Below, piece by piece: positions 43,311 to 53,040 of a stretch of DNA of 64,000 bases. Source of the stretch: an uncultured delta proteobacterium (lineage in GTDB: Bacteria > Desulfobacterota > Binatia > Binatales > Binataceae); contig CAVQEQ010000003.1 of NCBI GenBank assembly GCA_963711565.1, positions 416,654-480,653 of the forward strand. Direction: 5' to 3'. The stretch's first letter is position 1. Each line of letters begins with the position of its first letter. Position numbers and translations under genes: made by a program. The notes beneath the pieces were generated by a model. The model had not been told where the DNA came from and searched no databases. It worked only from the letters and a program-made list of their open reading frames with translations.

Positions 43311-44270
43311 CACGCCCCAACGGCAACTCGGTCGAAGTTGAAAACCTGGTGAAGCGTTTTGGCGATTTCACCGCGGTCGATCGCATTTCGTTTCAAACCC
43401 GAGCCGGCGAGGTTTTCGGATTCCTCGGACCCAATGGCTCGGGAAAATCGACCACGATTCAGAATCCTGTGCGGCTTGCTGCATCCGACCTCCGGCCGCG
43501 CGATCGTCGCCGGCTACGACGTTGTCGAATCGCCCGAACTGATCCGCCGCAACATCGGTTACATGTCGCAGAAGTTCTCGCTCTACCTCGATCTAACTGT
43601 GCTCGAAAATTTGCGCTTCTATGGGGGAATGTACGGCGTCCCGTCGCGGGAGCTGCGAGAGCGCATCGATTGGGCGCTCGAGATGGCGGGATTGCGCGGC
43701 CGCGAGTCGAGCCTTACCGGCACGCTGGCCGGTGGATGGAAGCAGCGGCTGGCGCTGGGCTGCGCCGTTCTGCATCGCCCGCCAATCCTGTTTCTCGACG
43801 AGCCGACCTCGGGCGTCGATCCACTCTCGCGCCGGCTGTTCTGGGAGTTGATTCAGCAGATGAGCAGCGACGGCGTCACCATCTTCGTCACCACGCACTA
43901 CATGGACGAAGCCGAATACTGCAACCGCTTGGCGCTGATGAATGGCGGCAAATTGATCGCACTCGGCACGCCCACCGAACTCAAGTTGGGTTCGATCCAG
44001 GGCTCGTTGTTGTTGCTCGAATGCGACCGGCTGGGCGACGCTATCGAGCGCGTCCGCGGCTTCGACGGTGTTCGCGATGTCGCCGTGTTCGGCAATGCGC
44101 TGCATCTCGTTGTCGCCGACGCCGCCGATGCACCCGCGATTCGCGCCGCGCTCGAGGCCGACGCTATCTCAGTAACCGGCCTGAAAGCGATCCGTCCCAG
44201 TCTGGAAGATGCGTTCGTCGCATTAACTACTCGACGCGGCGAGGGCACCGCGTCGGAGCAGTCGCCATGA
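43307..44270 (+). pseudogene. Second ABC transporter ATP-binding protein (YbhF C-half-like), interrupted by a 1-nt indel right after Walker A
   Basis: The frame from 43307 gives ...FGFLGPNGSGKSTTI and then nonsense. The frame of ORF 43359-44270 gives RILCGLLHPTSGRAIV...LAGGWKQRLAL...LFLDEPTSGVDP. The switch is at about 43460-43464. Confidence 0.85.
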
Positions 44271-45400
44271 ATCTTCGACGACTGCTCGCCATTTCGCGCA
44301 AGGAAGTTATCCAGGTGCTGCGTGATTCGCGCAGCCTGCTGATCGTGCTGCTGATGCCGCTGATGCTGATGACGACGCTCGGTTACGGCGTCAACCTCGA
44401 CACCAAGCACATCAAGGTGTTCGCGCTTGATGAGGAAGGCAGCCAGGCGAGCCAGGACCTTCTCAAGCGCTTTCAGTCCTCCGAGTATTTCGATCTGGCG
44501 GCAACCGTCACCGACTACCGTGCGCTGGCGACTGCGCTCGACGACGGCCGCTGTCAGCTTGCGATCGTGATTCCGTACGATTTCTCGGCGCGATTGCACG
44601 ACGGACGGCCGGTGTACATACAAGCTCTCGTCGATGGCTCCGACAACAACACCGCTGAGCTCGCGATCGGATACGCACAGGGCGTGCTCGCCTCTTACGG
44701 CGCCGTCGTTCAGGCGGAGTATCTTCTCAAGTCCCACGCGCCCACGGTGAATCCCGTGATGTCGGTGGAAGCCCGGACCTGGTTCAACGAGGATCTCGAA
44801 AGCAAGAATTTCATTGTGCCCGGCGTCGCCGCGATTGTGATGGCGGTCGTCGGAGTGTTGCTCACGTCGCTGACCGTCGCGCGCGAGTGGGAGCGCGGTA
44901 CGATGGAACAACTCATCTCGACTCCCGTGACTTCGCTCGAAATCATTATCGGCAAGCTGCTGCCCTACTTCGCGCTGGGCATGTTCGATACCGCCGCCTG
45001 CGCCGCGATCGCCGTCTTCTGGTTCCAGGTCCCATTTCGCGGTTCGCTCATCGCGCTGAGCGTCGGCTCGGGAATCTACTTGATCGCGATTCTCGGGCTT
45101 GGCTTCTGGATCTCGGTCGCTACGAAGAATCAGCTCGCCGCGAGTCAGATCGGTTTGGTGACCGCCTTCCTGCCCTCGTTCCTGCTCTCTGGGTTCACAT
45201 TTCCAATCGACCAGATGCCAGTCGGCGTGCAGCCGTTTACCTATTTGATCGCGGCCCGCTACTACATCGTCATATTGAAGAGCGTATTTCTGCGCGGCAC
45301 GAGCCTCGCTTTTCTCAGCGGACCTTTGATTGCGCTCGTAATCTATGCGGCGGTCATGGTGTTCCTGGCCAAACGTTCTTTCCACAAGTCGCTGGCATGA
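44267..45400 (+). CDS. ABC-2 type transporter permease (YbhS/YbhR-like)
   Basis: MNLRRLLAISRKEVIQVLRD start and six TM segments. Its ATG overlaps the upstream TGA. Confidence 0.85.
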   Translation: MNLRRLLAISRKEVIQVLRDSRSLLIVLLMPLMLMTTLGYGVNLDTKHIKVFALDEEGSQASQDLLKRFQSSEYFDLAATVTDYRALATALDDGRCQLAIVIPYDFSARLHDGRPVYIQALVDGSDNNTAELAIGYAQGVLASYGAVVQAEYLLKSHAPTVNPVMSVEARTWFNEDLESKNFIVPGVAAIVMAVVGVLLTSLTVAREWERGTMEQLISTPVTSLEIIIGKLLPYFALGMFDTAACAAIAVFWFQVPFRGSLIALSVGSGIYLIAILGLGFWISVATKNQLAASQIGLVTAFLPSFLLSGFTFPIDQMPVGVQPFTYLIAARYYIVILKSVFLRGTSLAFLSGPLIALVIYAAVMVFLAKRSFHKSLA

Positions 45401-45409
45401 GAGGCTGAC

Positions 45410-46543
45410 GTGATCGAACGGCTGCGCCAGATTCTACTCAAGGAGTTCATCCACCTGTTCCGCGACAGGCACGCGCGTTTCTCGCTAATCGTGCCGCCGC
45501 TGTTGCAGATGCTGATATTCGGCTACGCTGCGAGCTACGAGGTGAATCGCGTCTCGACCGCCGTCCTCGACTACGACCACAGCCAGGAGAGCCGCGACTT
45601 CCTCGCACGCTTTACCGCCAGCAGCCGCTTTCAGGTGCGTGACGTGCTGCAAAGCGAATCACAAATTCCGTCCCTGCTCGATCATCGGCGCGTAGTGATG
45701 GTGCTGCAGATTCAGCCGGGCTTTGCCGAACTGCTGCGCAAGGGGCAGACCGCGCCCGTCCAGGTCGTCCTCGACGGCACTGATTCGAACTCCGCGTTGA
45801 TCGCGGTCGGGTACATCAATCAGATCGCGGCGCGATTTACCCAGGACTATCAACTCCAGCTCGCCGACCGGATGAACCCGACCCTCGCCACCCTCGCGCC
45901 TGACATCGAGATCCAGGAGCGCCCCTGGTACAACGCCAACCTCGAGAGCCGATGGTTTTTCGTGCCCGGCGTGATCGGGACCCTGGTCCTCGTATCGGTG
46001 ATGACGCTGACCGCGTTCGCAGTAGTGCGAGAGCGCGAGATCGGCACGCTCGAACAATTGATGGTTACGCCGATCAGTCCGGCTGAATTGATCGCCGGCA
46101 AAACTCTGCCGTTTCTGCTCGTCGGGCTCGCCAACGTTGTAGTCGTCGCAATCATGGGGACCTTGTGGTTCCAGGTTCCCTTTCGCGGAAATGTCTTCGT
46201 GCTGATGCTCGGCACCACGCTGTTTCTGTCGAGCGCGCTCGGCGTTGGACTGCTGATTTCGACACTTTGCGAGACCCAGCAGCAGGCTTTTGCGATCTCG
46301 TTCTTCTACATCTCGCCGGCGATCATGCTGTCCGGATTCGGCTATCCGATCACCAGCATGCCGACCGCCCTGCAATGGTTCACCAATCTCGATCCGCTGC
46401 GCTTCTATCTCATCGTCCTGCGCGGGACTTTCATAAAGGGCGTCGGACTGGGAGTGCTATGGCCGCAGATGATCGCGATGGCCATCCTCGGAGCGGCGAC
46501 GCTTACACTCGCAACGCTGAGATTTCACAAGACTCTGGACTGA
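45410..46543 (+). CDS. ABC-2 type transporter permease (YbhS/YbhR-like), paralogue
   Basis: IERLRQILLKEFIHLFRD start, with the same architecture as the preceding gene. Confidence 0.85.
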   Translation: MIERLRQILLKEFIHLFRDRHARFSLIVPPLLQMLIFGYAASYEVNRVSTAVLDYDHSQESRDFLARFTASSRFQVRDVLQSESQIPSLLDHRRVVMVLQIQPGFAELLRKGQTAPVQVVLDGTDSNSALIAVGYINQIAARFTQDYQLQLADRMNPTLATLAPDIEIQERPWYNANLESRWFFVPGVIGTLVLVSVMTLTAFAVVREREIGTLEQLMVTPISPAELIAGKTLPFLLVGLANVVVVAIMGTLWFQVPFRGNVFVLMLGTTLFLSSALGVGLLISTLCETQQQAFAISFFYISPAIMLSGFGYPITSMPTALQWFTNLDPLRFYLIVLRGTFIKGVGLGVLWPQMIAMAILGAATLTLATLRFHKTLD

Positions 46544-46547
46544 ACAT

Positions 46548-48818
46548 TCACATCGGCGGCCGTGCGAGAGCTGGCCCGTCATTTGCGACCGTCGTCTTGT
46601 CGATTCCTTTGACGCCGAAGCTCCTGATCACCTGCGCGAGTTTGGCGGGAGTCGCGACGGGATTCGCGCACGCCGTTCCTGCGCATACGAAGGCAAGCGG
46701 AACTCCCTTCACCGCGCTGGATTCCAACATCGCGCGCGCCGCGGGCGGTATCGATGCTGCACTGTGATCCGATCCGATTCGCAGCACGATTTTCCCCGGA
46801 CGATAACTTGCCAACGCCATTCTCCACAAAGCTGCGCCGCGCGCGTCGCCATTCAGCCCCACAATCGCGACCGTCGCCCCGCCGTTCGCGCGATATTCCA
46901 GCGCCAACCCGACCGTCGCGACCGAGTTGCTCAGCATCGCTCCCGCCATCGCGGGCGCATTCGCCGTCAGTTCGTTCGCAATCTTCGAATAACTGTCATC
47001 GCCCGTAATCAGCGCAAGCTTCGCCGCCGCAATCGCCATCGTCGCTTGCACCGACGGCATCGGCATGTCGAAGAACACCTGTGCGCTTTGCGGCGACTGT
47101 CCAATCACCGTGCCGGCGTCCTCAATGTCGCGATCGATCAGCAAGTTCGAACCAGTGGCGCGAAAGTTCTTCTCGATGATCGCGGCCAGCACGCGCGCTT
47201 CGGCCAGATATTTCTCGTCGGCCGAGTATTGATACGCATCAACCAGCGCGTCGAGCAGGTAAACCTGGTCGGCGACCAGGCCGCCGACTTGCGAGCGCCC
47301 ATCCGACCACACGTGAAAGAAACTTCCGTCGGGCGCCCGCATGTGCGCGACGATGAAGTCCAAATCGTTGAGCGCCGTGCGTTGAAGACCCGAGTCGTCT
47401 AGCGCCGCCGACGCCGTCAGGTACGCATCCGCCATCAACGCGTTCCGATCGGTCATGACGGCGCGATCGACAGGCGGCACTTTGCGATGCTCTCGCGCAG
47501 CGAGCATCGCGTCTGACGCCTTGGCGATCTTCTGGCGCGCTACTTCCAGCGGGATCTTCAGCCGGGCCGCCACTTGCTCCGGGCTCATCGCGCGTCTCAG
47601 CACGATTCGCCCGTCTGGCGCGAGGGCGGGTGCGTCCTCCATGCCGTAAAATAAGATCGCGGCGCGCGCTTCGTCCGGCGGCAGCCCACGCTTCACTTCA
47701 TCAACCGTCCACGTGTAGTAGCTGCCGTCGTCGCCCTTGAACGAATCGGCATCCTGATGCGAGTAGAAGGCGTGCGTACTCGGATCGAGCAGCTCGCGAT
47801 TCACGTAGCGCACGATCGACTCCGCGACGCGCGCCAAGCCCGGGTCGCCGCTGGCCTCGTACGCGTTGCTATAGGCGTTCAAGGCCATCGCGTTGTCATA
47901 ACCAAGCTTCTCAAAGTGCGGCACGCGCCATTGTGCGTCGGTCGAGTAGCGATGGAACCCGCCACCAAGTTGATCGAATACTCCACCCGCAGCGATTTTC
48001 CTCAGCGTGTCGAGCGCCATCGCGGTAAACTCCGGATGCCCGTAGAAGCCGTGCGCCAGAGCGAGCTCGAGCGCCGGAAAATCGTAAAATCGTGGCCCCG
48101 GTCCCGATTCAAATCCCCCTGACTTGCGATCGTACGACATTGCGAGGCCGGCGAGTATTTGCGCGCGCAGACCGTCGAGTCCTCCCGGTGCAGATAGGTT
48201 CCGGCTCGGCGTGGATTTGAGCTTCGCCGCAGTTGCCTCGGCCTCGTGTTCGAGCGCCGCGCGATCCGTCGCGTACACTTGGGAGATTCGCGCGAGCAGC
48301 GGCAGCATCGACGAGTTTTCGCCGCCGCTACCGTTGGGTCCGCTGCCCGGTCGCGGCGGCAGATATCCTGCTGCGAAAAACAACGCGCCATCGGACGTTG
48401 TGAAACACGTCAGCGGCCAACCGCCCGCTCCGGTCAGTTGCGCCGCCGCATTCTGGTAGTACTCGTCGAGGTCGGGACGCTCGTCGGTATCGACCTTCAC
48501 CGGCACGAATTGGCTATTCAGCAACGCCGCAACTTGCGGGTCGGCGTAAGTCGTCGCGTCCATCACGTGGCACCAGTGACACCACACCGCGCCGATGTCG
48601 ATCAGGATCGGACGATTCAGCGACCGTGCCAATGCGAGCGTATCCGGATTCCAGGCTTGCCATCGAATTGCACTCGCGGACGCCTCGCGAAGGTACATGC
48701 TTGGGAACGACTTGAGCGCACCGGCCGGCAACGCATTCGCCGCATCAGGCGCACCGCCGGCCTGCGCACTCAGGATGCAAAGGATCGCAGCTGACGCAAG
48801 AATTGTTCGCGTTGACAT
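46548..48818 (-). CDS. Thioredoxin-domain (DUF255) + six-hairpin glycosidase-like protein (YyaL/SPATA20-like), secreted
   Basis: LNRPILIDIGAVWCHWCHVMD...VPVKVDTDERPD, then a long alpha/alpha-toroid-like region. I chose the start MSTRTILASAAILCILSAQA; the track ORF extends to 49115. Confidence 0.8.
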   Translation of the reverse strand: MSTRTILASAAILCILSAQAGGAPDAANALPAGALKSFPSMYLREASASAIRWQAWNPDTLALARSLNRPILIDIGAVWCHWCHVMDATTYADPQVAALLNSQFVPVKVDTDERPDLDEYYQNAAAQLTGAGGWPLTCFTTSDGALFFAAGYLPPRPGSGPNGSGGENSSMLPLLARISQVYATDRAALEHEAEATAAKLKSTPSRNLSAPGGLDGLRAQILAGLAMSYDRKSGGFESGPGPRFYDFPALELALAHGFYGHPEFTAMALDTLRKIAAGGVFDQLGGGFHRYSTDAQWRVPHFEKLGYDNAMALNAYSNAYEASGDPGLARVAESIVRYVNRELLDPSTHAFYSHQDADSFKGDDGSYYTWTVDEVKRGLPPDEARAAILFYGMEDAPALAPDGRIVLRRAMSPEQVAARLKIPLEVARQKIAKASDAMLAAREHRKVPPVDRAVMTDRNALMADAYLTASAALDDSGLQRTALNDLDFIVAHMRAPDGSFFHVWSDGRSQVGGLVADQVYLLDALVDAYQYSADEKYLAEARVLAAIIEKNFRATGSNLLIDRDIEDAGTVIGQSPQSAQVFFDMPMPSVQATMAIAAAKLALITGDDSYSKIANELTANAPAMAGAMLSNSVATVGLALEYRANGGATVAIVGLNGDARGAALWRMALASYRPGKIVLRIGSDHSAASIPPAARAMLESSAVKGVPLAFVCAGTACANPVATPAKLAQVIRSFGVKGIDKTTVANDGPALARPPM

Positions 48819-48855
48819 CCGCCAAATGGCGCGATAGCTGGACATTGAGCGAAAC

Positions 48856-49464
48856 ATGAGCACACGACCTGCAACGCGCCGCCGCCCGTCAGGAACCCGC
48901 AACGGCCCGGCGAAAATCATCAGGATGCCGACTCCAACAGTGGTCCGCCGGCGCCGTACGATCAAGGCGGGAATTGGGCTCCTCGTGCTCTCGCTGCTCG
49001 CCGCGATAATCACCCGCCTGTACATGCTGTACACCGCGCCTCCTTCGCCCGAAAAGGTGTCGGGTCTGACCGAGCAGGAAACTGAAATCCTCGGTCTGGT
49101 GAACCAGCAACGCATTCGCGATGGATTGACGCCACTGAAATTCTCGGCGCGTCTCGCGGTAATCGCGCGCGGGCACAGTTACGACATGGCGATGCGCCAC
49201 TACCTCGCGCACAACAGCCCCGACGGGGTTGCGCCCGCGGACAGGATCAGCGGCGTCGGTATCGGATACCGCGCAGTCGGTGAGAATATCTACATGGACG
49301 ATAACGCCGATTCGGCCGGCGTCCCGCGACGCGCGATGGACGGATGGCTGAAGAGTCCCGAGCATCTCGCCAACATCATCTCGGGCAAGTTCACCGAGAC
49401 CGGCGTCGGAATCGCCGAGTCGGCCGACGGCAGCACTTACGTTACGCAGGATTTCGTGCACTGA
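48856..49464 (+). CDS. CAP (SCP/PR1, YkwD-like) domain protein with an N-terminal membrane anchor
   Basis: LVNQQR...GL.PLKFS..LA..ARGHS.DMA...YLAHNSPDG...GENI...W..SP.H..NI. The start may instead be at 48925 (MPTPTV). Confidence 0.85.
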   Translation: MSTRPATRRRPSGTRNGPAKIIRMPTPTVVRRRRTIKAGIGLLVLSLLAAIITRLYMLYTAPPSPEKVSGLTEQETEILGLVNQQRIRDGLTPLKFSARLAVIARGHSYDMAMRHYLAHNSPDGVAPADRISGVGIGYRAVGENIYMDDNADSAGVPRRAMDGWLKSPEHLANIISGKFTETGVGIAESADGSTYVTQDFVH

Positions 49465-49475
49465 CAGGTGCCGAG

Positions 49476-50474
49476 ATGGATTTCGCCGAACTTGCCGCGC
49501 TGGCCTCGGGTCACGCCGAAGCGCGCGCTATTCAGACCGCGCTCAAGCTGGGAATTTTCGAGATTCTCGACTCCTCGCCGCTCGACAACGTCGCTCTCGC
49601 CGACGCCATCTCGGCCAATCGGCGCGCGACGGCTCTGATAGCCAACGCGATGGTCGCGCTCGGGTTGCTAGTCAAGCGCGCCAATCGCTACTCGCTCACA
49701 GCTGCGGCGCGGCGCTACCTGCTCCGCGCGTCCGCCGAATATCTTGGCGGATTGATTCTGTTCGACGAAGCGATCTTTGAAACCTGGGCGCATCTCGAGC
49801 AAACCATTCGCACCGGGGCGCCCGCGCGACCGACCGACATGTTTCAAAGCCGTCCCGAAGAGACCGAACGATTCATCCGAGCGATGGACAGCCTCACACG
49901 CGCCCGCGGCGATCCGATCTACGTCGCCGATCGGCTCGACCTCAGCCGCGTCTCAAGGTTCGCGGATATCGGCGGCGGCCCGGGAACCTACGCCGTCGCG
50001 ATGCTTCACCGATGGCCCCACCTGCGCGCCGCGATTTACGATCTCCCCGCCACTCTCGAAGTTGCCCACCGAATTCTCACCGAGCGCGAGCCCGCGGCGC
50101 TGGAGCGCATCGATTTGGTCCGCGTCGATTACCTGTATGATGACATTCCGGGCCCATGCGGAGCCCTGTTCATGTCGAATATAATCCACAACGAAGATGA
50201 GAGGACCAACGCTCAACTGTTGCGCAAATGCTTTCGCGCGCTCGAACCGGGCGGCATGATGATCATCAAGGACCACATCATGAACGCCGACCTCACCGAG
50301 CCAAGGGCCGGCGCGATTTTCGCGCTGTACCTGCTGATGGCCACGCGTGGACGCGACTATTCGTTCGACGAGGTTTCCCGATGGCTCGGTGACGCGGGCT
50401 TTGTCGATATCCGCCATGAGGCGCTGCCGAGCCCTCCGTTCACGTCCTCGATGGTGATCGCGCGCAAGCCGTGA
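49476..50474 (+). CDS. SAM-dependent O-methyltransferase (family-2 type with a winged-helix dimerisation domain)
   Basis: The N-terminal A.KLGIFE.L segment and the SAM motif ADIGGGPGTY are present. I chose an internal ATG, because the upstream part of the track ORF overlaps the CAP gene. Confidence 0.8.
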   Translation: MDFAELAALASGHAEARAIQTALKLGIFEILDSSPLDNVALADAISANRRATALIANAMVALGLLVKRANRYSLTAAARRYLLRASAEYLGGLILFDEAIFETWAHLEQTIRTGAPARPTDMFQSRPEETERFIRAMDSLTRARGDPIYVADRLDLSRVSRFADIGGGPGTYAVAMLHRWPHLRAAIYDLPATLEVAHRILTEREPAALERIDLVRVDYLYDDIPGPCGALFMSNIIHNEDERTNAQLLRKCFRALEPGGMMIIKDHIMNADLTEPRAGAIFALYLLMATRGRDYSFDEVSRWLGDAGFVDIRHEALPSPPFTSSMVIARKP

Positions 50475-50484
50475 ATCAGCAAGA

Positions 50485-51099
50485 GTGAACCATTTGAGCC
50501 TGCACAGAGTCGCGTCAATGGCGATCATAATGCCGCTCGCGGCCGCGTGCGCGGGATGCGCTCTCGGGGCTGTCGGCATGGTAACCACTGTTGCGCCGAT
50601 GGTGGCGGCCGGCAGTGCGGAGGTCATCGGGTCCCAAGTCGCGATGAAAGAGGGCGGCGGCACCGGGGCTACCAAAGAAGACAGCGCCGACCAATGCGAT
50701 CAACTGCAGCGCGCTCCAATCGGAGTCGAGGAAGTTCGCAAGACCAAGGACGGTGTGATCGAATCGCGCCAGTGGAAGATCGCCGAGACCAGCGGCGACC
50801 CAATCTGGATAGTGGCGCGCACCCAGACCGAGAACTCGGACGAGGACGCCTGGCAGCCGAAGCCCGGCATCACCAAGCTCCTCTTCAATCCGCCGCTCTA
50901 TCAGATGCTCAAGCCCGATAAGCCGCAGTATCTCGCCTACGCTCCAGCCAACGTCGTCAATGTGTCCGACAGCGAACAGTTTGATTCGATGACCGGGGCG
51001 TTTGGCGCCGGCATCGGAACCTTCAAGTGGCGCGATCGCACCTACAGTTATGTGCTGGTCAAGGAACTGCCCTGCTTCAATCCGGCGAAGGAGAAGTGA
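50485..51099 (+). CDS. Hypothetical lipoprotein
   Basis: Lipobox LAAACAGC. No family was recognised. Confidence 0.5.
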   Translation: MNHLSLHRVASMAIIMPLAAACAGCALGAVGMVTTVAPMVAAGSAEVIGSQVAMKEGGGTGATKEDSADQCDQLQRAPIGVEEVRKTKDGVIESRQWKIAETSGDPIWIVARTQTENSDEDAWQPKPGITKLLFNPPLYQMLKPDKPQYLAYAPANVVNVSDSEQFDSMTGAFGAGIGTFKWRDRTYSYVLVKELPCFNPAKEK

Positions 51100-52054
51100 A
51101 TTCGATCCCGTCTCGCGCGACGCTGTCCTGGCTGCGAGCGATCATCATCGTCGCGATTTTTTCGCTGGCGATGCTTGCCGTGAGGTCATACTCTCAAAAC
51201 ATGAACGCTGCGCCCGATAATTCGCATCCGCATCCCGATCCCGCATCGTGGCCCGACAAATCGCTCACGATCGCGAATCTCGGACACGCGACCGTGCTGA
51301 TGAATTTCTTCGGCACACGCGTACTCTCCGACCCGAGCCTGTTCTCCCGCGTCGGCATGTCGATCGACTCGATCCTCACGATCGGCCCCAAACGATTCGT
51401 CGATCCGCCGCTGGCGCCGGCACAATTGCAGCAACTCGACCTTATACTGATCACGCACGCACACATGGACCATCTCGACATTCCGTCGCTCAAAGCCTTG
51501 CCGAAGAGCGCCGTCGTGGTCGCATGCGACAAGTGTTCGAAAATCATCGCACCGCTCGGCTTCAAGGACGTCCGCGAACTCAAGTGGGGCGAGTCAACCG
51601 TCGTCAAAGGACTCACTATCCGCGCGATGGGTGCGCGGCATTGGGCCGGCGATGGCCTCCCTTCGGCGAAGACTACGGCTTCAATAGTTACGTGCTCGAA
51701 AAGAACGGACGCCGGATGCTGCTCGCGTGCGACAGTGCCGACACCGACTTGTTCGCGAGCCTCGCGGCGACGCCGCCCGATGTCGCGGTGTTCTCGATCG
51801 GCGCCTACGACCCGTGGATTCTAAATCACGCAAATCCCGAACAGGTCTGGGCGATGTTCCAATCGACGCGCGCGCACTATCTCGTGCCGATTCACTGGGG
51901 CACCTTCAAGCTATCAAAGGAGCCGATGGAAGAGCCGTTGCAGCGGCTAATCAAATCAGCCGGCGATCAGCAGGATAGGATCGTACTGCGTCAGATCGGC
52001 GGAACCTGGACGATGCCCATGTCGGCCGAGTCGCGCCAAGCCGCTGGGCGGTAG
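51096..52054 (+). pseudogene. MBL-fold metallo-hydrolase, split by a 1-nt frameshift
   Basis: The frame from the GTG at 51096 has a signal/TM segment, then LGHATVLM and ILITHAHMDHLD (HxHxDH). After ...GARHW the fold continues in the frame of ORF 51248-52054 (GRRWPPFGEDYGFNSYVLE...AVFSIGAYDPW...VPIHWGTF). The switch is at the G-run 51643-51645. Confidence 0.75.
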
Positions 52055-52119
52055 CAGTCGGGAAGCAGAATCTTGAGTCGCGCGCGACAAGATCGCGCGC
52101 TGTATAAGGACCCTCACCC

Positions 52120-52195
52120 TTCGGCAGGCTCAGGGCAGGCTCTTCGATCCTCTCCCATTCTGGGAGAGGGGAAGATGCGCGGCGCAGTTGTGCAA
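52120..52195. repeat. Solo copy of the C-run/G-run hairpin repeat style seen flanking DUF559
   Basis: GGACCCTCACCC ... CCTCTCCC-attc-TGGGAGAGGGG. Compare CCTATCCCCCTCACCCCCTTTCC-aagt-GGAAAGGGGG at 5091-5127. Confidence 0.6.
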
Positions 52196-52224
52196 AGGTC
52201 TCCTTGAAGGGAAGGGCTCTGATC

Positions 52225-53040
52225 TTAGACAGAGAGATTTCGAGTAGCCAGAATTTCTTGAGCTGGAGTCCTATCGCCCGTGCAGTTAATTAGTCGGGGA
52301 GCGGTAAGGAACGTAACTGCGTATCCCAAATCTTTATATAACTCTCGTATTCGATCGGTTGCCTGATTTGACAGGACGACGGGACCGGGATGTCGCGCAA
52401 GCCATTGGGCCAGTCGGACTTGATCGTCCCATTTGAAATTTTCCTTTGAATAGGAAGTGAACTGGACGTCGTATGGTGGATCTGCATAGACGAAGTCGTC
52501 GTGGCGCAATGATAGCTCTTCGAAATCGACGCAGGTGAAGTCCCATTCCGCGAAGGCCGAAACGTATTCTATGAAATCGGTCTTGTAGGTCAGTTTCTTA
52601 TAGCGGCCGAAAGGAACGTTGAATTCTCCCTTGCTGTTGAATCGGCATAGACCGTTGTAGCAGGTGCGATTGAGATAGTAAAAAATGCCGGCCGCTTCCT
52701 CAGCGTCTGCCTTATTTTCGCGGATGAGTTGGTTGAAGCGGCTTCGTTGTTTGTAGAAGCAAGCCTGATCGTTCTGCATCTCAAGCGGGATCCTAAGACC
52801 GCGCTTTAGCCAGCTATAGAAGTTGATCGTATGAGGGTTGAGATCATTGATCAGCGCTCTTTCCGGCGCGAGGCCCAGCGATACCGCCAAGCCGCCGCAT
52901 AGGGGTTCGACCAATCGGCGCCTTCGATGAGAGTCCCATAGCGGAATCAGATGCGGCACGAGCCATCGCTTGCCACCCGCCCATTTCAAAGGAGGTCTTG
53001 GATTAGCGCGACTCTCTACCGCTTCGACAACCGCCGCCAC
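52225..53040 (-). CDS. dam: DNA adenine methyltransferase, Dam/D12 class (alpha group), orphan
   Basis: PPLKWAGGKRWL, motif I EPLCGGLAV, NRTCYNGLCRFN and motif IV DPPY. The gene is markedly AT-richer than its neighbours. It has a GTG start with an AAGGA SD, 10 nt after the upstream stop codon. Confidence 0.9.
   Translation of the reverse strand: MAAVVEAVESRANPRPPLKWAGGKRWLVPHLIPLWDSHRRRRLVEPLCGGLAVSLGLAPERALINDLNPHTINFYSWLKRGLRIPLEMQNDQACFYKQRSRFNQLIRENKADAEEAAGIFYYLNRTCYNGLCRFNSKGEFNVPFGRYKKLTYKTDFIEYVSAFAEWDFTCVDFEELSLRHDDFVYADPPYDVQFTSYSKENFKWDDQVRLAQWLARHPGPVVLSNQATDRIRELYKDLGYAVTFLTAPRLINCTGDRTPAQEILATRNLSV

Noticed and set aside
43898-45385. 495 aa minus-strand ORF
   Set aside because: It is antisense to the ABC ATPase/permease genes and has no recognisable domains.
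43307-45400. 697 aa ORF that could be read as a fused ATPase-permease
   Set aside because: Its middle section (about 43470-44266) is Arg-rich nonsense, while the alternative frame gives a full ABC signature/Walker B. A frameshifted ATPase followed by a separate permease starting at the ATG at 44267 explains it better.
46541-46550. Missing terminator between convergent genes (the ABC-2 permease stop and the DUF255 stop are 4 nt apart)
   Set aside because: Tight convergent gene ends are common in compact high-GC genomes. There is nothing further to support a special feature.
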